Origin: a virus
Length of the DNA stretch: 64,000 bases
Virus record (IMG/VR): IMGVR_UViG_3300032893_000763
Span: 1 to 64,000 of that record
Strand: one strand, 5' to 3'
The notes below the pieces were generated by a model. That model was not told the origin of the DNA and ran no database searches. It saw only the letters and a program-made list of their open reading frames with translations. Shown piece after piece: positions 58,932 to 64,000 of this stretch. Positions within the stretch are counted from its first letter, which is position 1. Every line of letters begins with the position of its first letter. The translations under genes and the position numbers were made by a program.

Positions 58932-61307
58932 ATGCCCGAACTCGGCAAGGCCACATACGAACTCATCTTCAACACGTCGCAGGTGGCGAAGATGGCACAG
59001 GCCGAGGCCGTCGTGGTGGACACGACGGACTCGATGGCGTCTGCGACCGCCGAGGCCGACGCCACGTTCGCGCGGCTCGGCGCTCAGACGGGCGTCATGG
59101 CCCGCGACCTGGAGGCGAGTCTCGGCGCGGCTGCCGAGGCGTCCAACGCCTTCGCCGCTGCCACCGAGCGAGCGGCTGCTCGCGCGGGCATGGCCGTGAA
59201 GACGGCGACGGCAGAGTCAGAGGGTGCCATCGCTCGCTTCGGGAAGATCGGCGGCGGCATGGGGCAGATGCTCGGGCTCGGCGCGGCGTACTTCTTCGTC
59301 AAGGGCGGGCTCGACTGGATGAAGTCCGCACAGCAAGGGTGGCTCGGGATCAAGAACGCGATCCAGGCGACCGGCGGGGTGGCGGGCGTCACCGCGCAGG
59401 ATGCCTCGAAGCTCTCCGATCAGATCACCAACCTGACCGGCAACACCCGTGGGGCGAACTTGCAGATGGAGCAGATGCTCCTCCGCTTCGACAACCTGCG
59501 CAACATGGGCACGTCCAAGACCAACATCTTCGACCGGGCCGGAATGATGGTCGAGAACATCGCCACGGTCACGCAGCGCAGCACGCGGATGATCGCGCTC
59601 GCGCTCGGCAAGACCCTGCAAGACCCGGCCAACAACCTGAACTCGCTCGGCCGTGCGGGCATCCGCTTCAACAAGACGCAACAGGACATGGTGAAGAACA
59701 TCCAGGCGGGCACGCAGTCCTTCCAGGGGTACACCGGAGTCCTCGGTGCGCAGCTTTACGTCCTCCAACAGCTTCACCGCTACAACGGTGCGGCTGCCGC
59801 GCAGGAGGGCTCGCTCACGGTGCAGTGGAACAAGGCCAAGGACGCCATCGACAAGTCGGCGGCGTCGATCCTCAAGGGCTTCCTGCCGACGCTCATAAGT
59901 CTCGGCCGCAACCTGGCGAGCGTGGCGGGCCTGCTCGCGCACCACACAACGCTGCTCAAGGATCTCATCGAGGCGTACGTGCTGGCGAAGGGCGCGGCGT
60001 TCGCGTTCAACACCGCGATGAAGCTCGGCAACCTGCTCACCACGATCACGTCCCTCGGGAAGCTCAAGACGGCGCTGTTCGGTGTTCGTGCGGCGGAGAC
60101 GGCGACCGCTGGAGAGGCGGGCGCGATGGATGCGGCGATGCTCGCCAACCCCGTCGGCGCTATCCTCATCGGCCTCGCCGCCCTTGGCGCGGGCTTCTAC
60201 GAACTCTACAAGCACGTCAAGGCCGTGCGCGACATGGCGAACGCCACGTGGGACACGCTCAAGCATGGCGCGAAGATCGTCACGGGCGGCGGCATGAAGA
60301 ACCCGCTCAACTGGCTGCCGGGCCTCGGCAAGTACATCGGCAACGAGACGTACAACGCGGTCAACGGTAAGGACAACACCCCGAGCAGCGCAGGCACCGG
60401 CCTCTCCCCGAAGTTCATCGCACAGCTTCGTGCACGGTATCAGGCGTGGATCGCAGGAGGCGTCCCGACCAAGGACGCGATCCAGTCGCTCATGAACATG
60501 TACCCCGGACTCACCGAGACGGACGTGTCCGTCATCACTGGAGCGAAGCACGCCGAGATGCACAAGGGTGCGCGGAAGAAGCCGAAGCCCCCGCACACGC
60601 CGAGCAACAACCTGCTTACGAACACGAGTGGGAACTTCCTCTCCCCACAGTTGCAGCTTGCCGAGGCCAAGGCAGGATTCACCAAGTCCACCAAGGACGA
60701 CATCGCGGTGTGGAAGCAGGAGGAGACGTATCTGTTCAACCTGCTCAAGACGAAGAAGCTGAGCATGGCGACCAAGACGGCACTCTGGACGCAGTTGGAT
60801 TCGATCCAGGCGAACATCGAGAACGCACAGAAGGCGCTTGCGAAGAAGCTCGGCAAGTACACCGGGCTCGTCCCGCTGCCGATGGCCGAGGCGTATCAGA
60901 AGGCGCTCCAGGACAACAACCTCAAGAAGCAGATCGCCGTGCTCAAGCAGGAGGAGACGTACCTCCAGAAGCTCGTCAACGCCCACAAGCTCCACGGGGC
61001 CAAGCAGCTTGCGGCGATGAAGGAACTCACCAAGGTGAAGAAGGATCTCGCGGCGGCGATCAAGAAGGAGGCCAACGCTCAGGACGCGACCAAGAATGAG
61101 TTGCAGGCGTTCATGGACACCCGTGGGTCGTTCTTCTCCGAGTTCGCGTCGAGTGTCTTCCACGCAGGCCCGAACGGGATGGAGACGGGCTCGGCGTCCA
61201 CTGCGGCGATCACGAAGAACATCAGTCAGACCAACCACTTCAACGAGATGCCCAAGGATCGCTTCGCGCTCGGGCGCGAGATGGCCCGTGCGGCGGCGGC
61301 GGTGTAA
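58932..61307 (+). CDS. Tape measure protein
   Basis: Ala-rich helical; LGKTLQDP...L.RAGI.F; ANPVGAIL. Confidence 0.88.
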   Translation: MPELGKATYELIFNTSQVAKMAQAEAVVVDTTDSMASATAEADATFARLGAQTGVMARDLEASLGAAAEASNAFAAATERAAARAGMAVKTATAESEGAIARFGKIGGGMGQMLGLGAAYFFVKGGLDWMKSAQQGWLGIKNAIQATGGVAGVTAQDASKLSDQITNLTGNTRGANLQMEQMLLRFDNLRNMGTSKTNIFDRAGMMVENIATVTQRSTRMIALALGKTLQDPANNLNSLGRAGIRFNKTQQDMVKNIQAGTQSFQGYTGVLGAQLYVLQQLHRYNGAAAAQEGSLTVQWNKAKDAIDKSAASILKGFLPTLISLGRNLASVAGLLAHHTTLLKDLIEAYVLAKGAAFAFNTAMKLGNLLTTITSLGKLKTALFGVRAAETATAGEAGAMDAAMLANPVGAILIGLAALGAGFYELYKHVKAVRDMANATWDTLKHGAKIVTGGGMKNPLNWLPGLGKYIGNETYNAVNGKDNTPSSAGTGLSPKFIAQLRARYQAWIAGGVPTKDAIQSLMNMYPGLTETDVSVITGAKHAEMHKGARKKPKPPHTPSNNLLTNTSGNFLSPQLQLAEAKAGFTKSTKDDIAVWKQEETYLFNLLKTKKLSMATKTALWTQLDSIQANIENAQKALAKKLGKYTGLVPLPMAEAYQKALQDNNLKKQIAVLKQEETYLQKLVNAHKLHGAKQLAAMKELTKVKKDLAAAIKKEANAQDATKNELQAFMDTRGSFFSEFASSVFHAGPNGMETGSASTAAITKNISQTNHFNEMPKDRFALGREMARAAAAV

Positions 61308-61310
61308 AGC

Positions 61311-62264
61311 GTGGACATCGGAATCCCCATGAGCCTCTACACTCCCCTCGGGGAGATCGTGTTCAACGACCTCTCGGGTGACGCGACGAGCGCGAGCCTC
61401 GCTGGCCTCGGCGGCAATATCTGGCCCGGCCCCGGCGTCGTGCCCGCGTCCGTCTCGGCGGGGTGGAACGCCACCGGACTCCCGGCGGGCAACGGCTACC
61501 TCATGCAGTTCGCGTCCGGGATGCACGGCGGCGCGGTGCGCAACCCGGTGGACAACCGGCCGCACAAGCACGGCGGCATCATTCACAAGTTCTACTCCGG
61601 CCCCAAGTATTTCACCCTCCAGGGCCTCGTGGTCGGGGACACGCCGGAGATCCGCCAGGTGCTCTACGACTACCTGGCCGGGTGGGTCTTCTCCGCGATG
61701 CAGACGGACTGCCGCTTCTTCTTCAAGCCTCCGGGCCAGGCCACTCGCTTCAAGACGGTGCGCAACTACGATGCCACCGAGATCGTCGGCCCGCAGGGTA
61801 CGGCGGGCGCATCGCCGGACAACATCGCAGCGCCGAAGGAGTACACCGCGCAGTTCGTCTCGGTCAACCCGTTCTCGTACACGTACAGCGAGCGTGACAA
61901 CGGCGTCTACGAAGACGTGCCCACGATCTACGGCGGCGGCTCGGTGTTCATCCCGAACGAAGGCACCGCCGACACCTGGCCGGTCATCGAGGTCTACGCC
62001 CCGCCGTCGTCCAGCTTCCTCGCATCCTTCACGCTCGACAACGGCACGTACCAAGTCGAGTGGGCGGGCAACGTCGCCCACGGCCACTACGTCGAGGTTG
62101 ACATGTTCAACGAGACGATGTATATGGACGGGAACTCGACCAACGAACTCGGTGGGCTCAACGATCAGTCCGACTTCTGGAGCATCCCTCCGGGCGGGTG
62201 CACGGTGTCCGTCACCCCCGGTGCCCATCACATCGTGGTCAAGTCCAACGACGCTTGGGTCTAA
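61311..62264 (+). CDS. Distal tail (Dit-like) protein
   Basis: PFSY...NEGTADTWPVI...FWSIPPG; follows the tape measure gene. Confidence 0.7.
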   Translation: MDIGIPMSLYTPLGEIVFNDLSGDATSASLAGLGGNIWPGPGVVPASVSAGWNATGLPAGNGYLMQFASGMHGGAVRNPVDNRPHKHGGIIHKFYSGPKYFTLQGLVVGDTPEIRQVLYDYLAGWVFSAMQTDCRFFFKPPGQATRFKTVRNYDATEIVGPQGTAGASPDNIAAPKEYTAQFVSVNPFSYTYSERDNGVYEDVPTIYGGGSVFIPNEGTADTWPVIEVYAPPSSSFLASFTLDNGTYQVEWAGNVAHGHYVEVDMFNETMYMDGNSTNELGGLNDQSDFWSIPPGGCTVSVTPGAHHIVVKSNDAWV

Positions 62265-62267
62265 GCC

Positions 62268-63476
62268 GTGGGCTCCCCGATCTACGCACCCGTAGAGTGG
62301 CGGTTCACGATCATGGCCCCGGTCGGCGCGGGCTCGTGGAAGAAGGTGTCGATCCTCACCCATCTCGCGGACAACATCGAGCTTCTCTATCAGTTGAACC
62401 GGAGCGCCATGCTCACGTTCACCGTCCCGAGCGACCATCCGCAGGTGAACATCCCGCACACGGACGGGCTCCCGTACCTCGCGGCTGGCCCGCGTTGGGT
62501 GCTCGGGTGGCGCAAGTCTCCCTCCTCGCTCGCTCCGTCTCCGGGTGGGTGGGAGTTGAAGTACGCCGGACGTGTGTGGTCGGTGCAGGATCAGGGCGAC
62601 GGCGACACGTCGAAGACGATGGTCACGTGCTTCGACGCACTCAAGCACCTGGAGAAGCGCATCGTGCGCTCGGCCGACGGCGACTTCCGCAAGCAGGTGC
62701 GGTGGTGGGGCTCGCCGCGCGGAGATGCGACCTACGACTCCATCATCCTCGACATGATCGAGCGCACGCAGACGCTCGTCGGCACCTGCCGCATCGACAC
62801 GACGGGCGGGCATTGGGTCACGTGCGGCGAGTCCACCGTCGGCTTCGATCAGGCGTACGTTCTGCCGTCGATCATCCGGCTCACGGACACCGGCAACATC
62901 GACCTCGACCCGACGCCGCTCGACGGCTCCGACAACGACTTCCTCCGCCTCGGCGCACTCCCCCGCCTCGGGACGGACAAGCCGAGCATCATCCTCGGCT
63001 ACGCTGCGCCTCCGCGCCGCGCAGTCAACTTCGACCGGACGACGACGCTCGACAACCTGGCGAACTCCGTCTACCTGTTCGGCAAGTCGAACAAGGGGCA
63101 CTTGGTCAATCAGTTCGACGCGGACTCGCAGGCGATCTACGACATCTTCGAGGACGTAACGGTCGTGTCCAACGTGGAGCACGTTGACCTGCTCACGGCA
63201 CTGGCCGAGGAGGAGATTTTCCTGCGCAAGTCGCCGCACGATCTCGTGTCCATCACGCCGACCCCCGAGGACTCGCCGCGCTTCTTCAACGAGTACGGCA
63301 TCGGAGACTCGATCTACCTCAAGGCGTCCAAGCCCGCGACCGGCACGACGTTCCCCGACACCCGTGACACGCTCTCCGGGCTCCAGCGGGTCTACGGTGC
63401 GAAGCTCAGCGTGAGCACGGAGTACGGCGAGGCCGTCTCGGAGCTTGTCGCCTCTGCACAGGCGGAGTCGAGCTAA
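62268..63476 (+). CDS. Baseplate hub / minor tail protein
   Basis: Synteny; YAGRVWSV...EYGIGDSI. Confidence 0.7.
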   Translation: MGSPIYAPVEWRFTIMAPVGAGSWKKVSILTHLADNIELLYQLNRSAMLTFTVPSDHPQVNIPHTDGLPYLAAGPRWVLGWRKSPSSLAPSPGGWELKYAGRVWSVQDQGDGDTSKTMVTCFDALKHLEKRIVRSADGDFRKQVRWWGSPRGDATYDSIILDMIERTQTLVGTCRIDTTGGHWVTCGESTVGFDQAYVLPSIIRLTDTGNIDLDPTPLDGSDNDFLRLGALPRLGTDKPSIILGYAAPPRRAVNFDRTTTLDNLANSVYLFGKSNKGHLVNQFDADSQAIYDIFEDVTVVSNVEHVDLLTALAEEEIFLRKSPHDLVSITPTPEDSPRFFNEYGIGDSIYLKASKPATGTTFPDTRDTLSGLQRVYGAKLSVSTEYGEAVSELVASAQAESS

Positions 63477-64000
63477 TGGCGCAGAACCAGCGCAGGACGA
63501 CCGTCCACACGAAGGTGTGGGGCGAGCACGACACCCGTATTCGCGGTGTGGAGACTCGCGCCGACGGCGAGTGGATCTACGTCGGCACGTACCCCGGCGA
63601 CGACAACACGACGCCGGACTCTCCTCCGTTCGAGAACGGGTGGGCGAACATCGGCTCGGGCAACGTGCCGCTGCGCTTCCGCTGGCTCCTCTCGGGCACC
63701 ATCGAGATCGAGGGCGAGATCAGCGGCGGCTCCGTCGGCACGGTGGTCTTCACGCTCCCCATCGGCTTCCGCCCGGACTACAAGCAGCACCCCGTCGGCG
63801 GCGACGGCTTCGACAACTTCATCCTGTGGGAGGTCGATACCGACGGCTCCGTGTCCATCGTCGGCCACGGCTCGACCGGCCCCACAGGCCCCACCGGCTC
63901 GGTAGGCCCGGCCGGAGCCACAGGCCCGGCGGGCGCGACCGGCCCTACCGGCCCTACGGGGCCGAGCGGCCCGAGCGGCTCTCCGGGTGGCCCCACGGGG
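63476..64000 (+). CDS. Tail fibre-like protein with collagen repeats (partial)
   Basis: MAQNQRR...FENGWAN...VFTLPIGFRP...GPTGPTG...; open at the window edge. Confidence 0.75.
   Translation, partial: MAQNQRRTTVHTKVWGEHDTRIRGVETRADGEWIYVGTYPGDDNTTPDSPPFENGWANIGSGNVPLRFRWLLSGTIEIEGEISGGSVGTVVFTLPIGFRPDYKQHPVGGDGFDNFILWEVDTDGSVSIVGHGSTGPTGPTGSVGPAGATGPAGATGPTGPTGPSGPSGSPGGPTG

Noticed and set aside
59217-63239. 1340-aa minus-strand ORF
   Set aside because: Antisense shadow of the tape measure, Dit and hub genes.
1-64000. DGR/retron, integrase, transposase, CRISPR array, alternative genetic code
   Set aside because: No RT, recombinase or transposase motif and no repeat-spacer array seen. Long genes read intact in code 11 with all three stop codons used.

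Overview
A 64 kb internal segment of a high-GC tailed dsDNA phage with siphovirus-like tail genes. The host is probably an Actinomycetota (inferred from GC content, a class E sortase, Gram-positive-type LexA boxes and pervasive leaderless genes). Layout: a leftward early/replication arm (1-13.1 kb: DUF932, two MazG-like genes, primase-helicase), a repeat-rich divergent switch or origin (13.1-13.65 kb), a rightward array of small genes (13.7-20.5 kb), then a fragmented virion module (terminases, endolysin, XkdF-type protease, scaffold, capsid, neck, tail tube, chaperones, tape measure, baseplate, start of a collagen-like fibre) interrupted by accessory cassettes. No portal, integrase, DNA polymerase or CRISPR array is visible. 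Highlights: (1) an 11-copy tripartite promoter (TCMCCC-N4-GGGKGA palindrome, 18-21 nt spacer, sigma28/WhiG-like GCCGATAC, start exactly 15 nt after that element's first base) that drives scattered cassettes; (2) an RNA cluster comprising a ~780-nt structured ncRNA, a tmRNA with an atypical 28-aa tag and an anticodon-less tRNA mimic, plus several other promoter-linked small RNA candidates; (3) a phage sortase lacking a membrane anchor next to a secreted collagen-like protein ending LAYTK; (4) an apparently split prohead protease; (5) a LexA box beside the terS promoter; (6) a three-glycosyltransferase plus deacetylase operon behind the capsid gene. All protein family calls are from motif recognition by eye, not database searches. 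Several single-base frameshifts suggest possible assembly indels.
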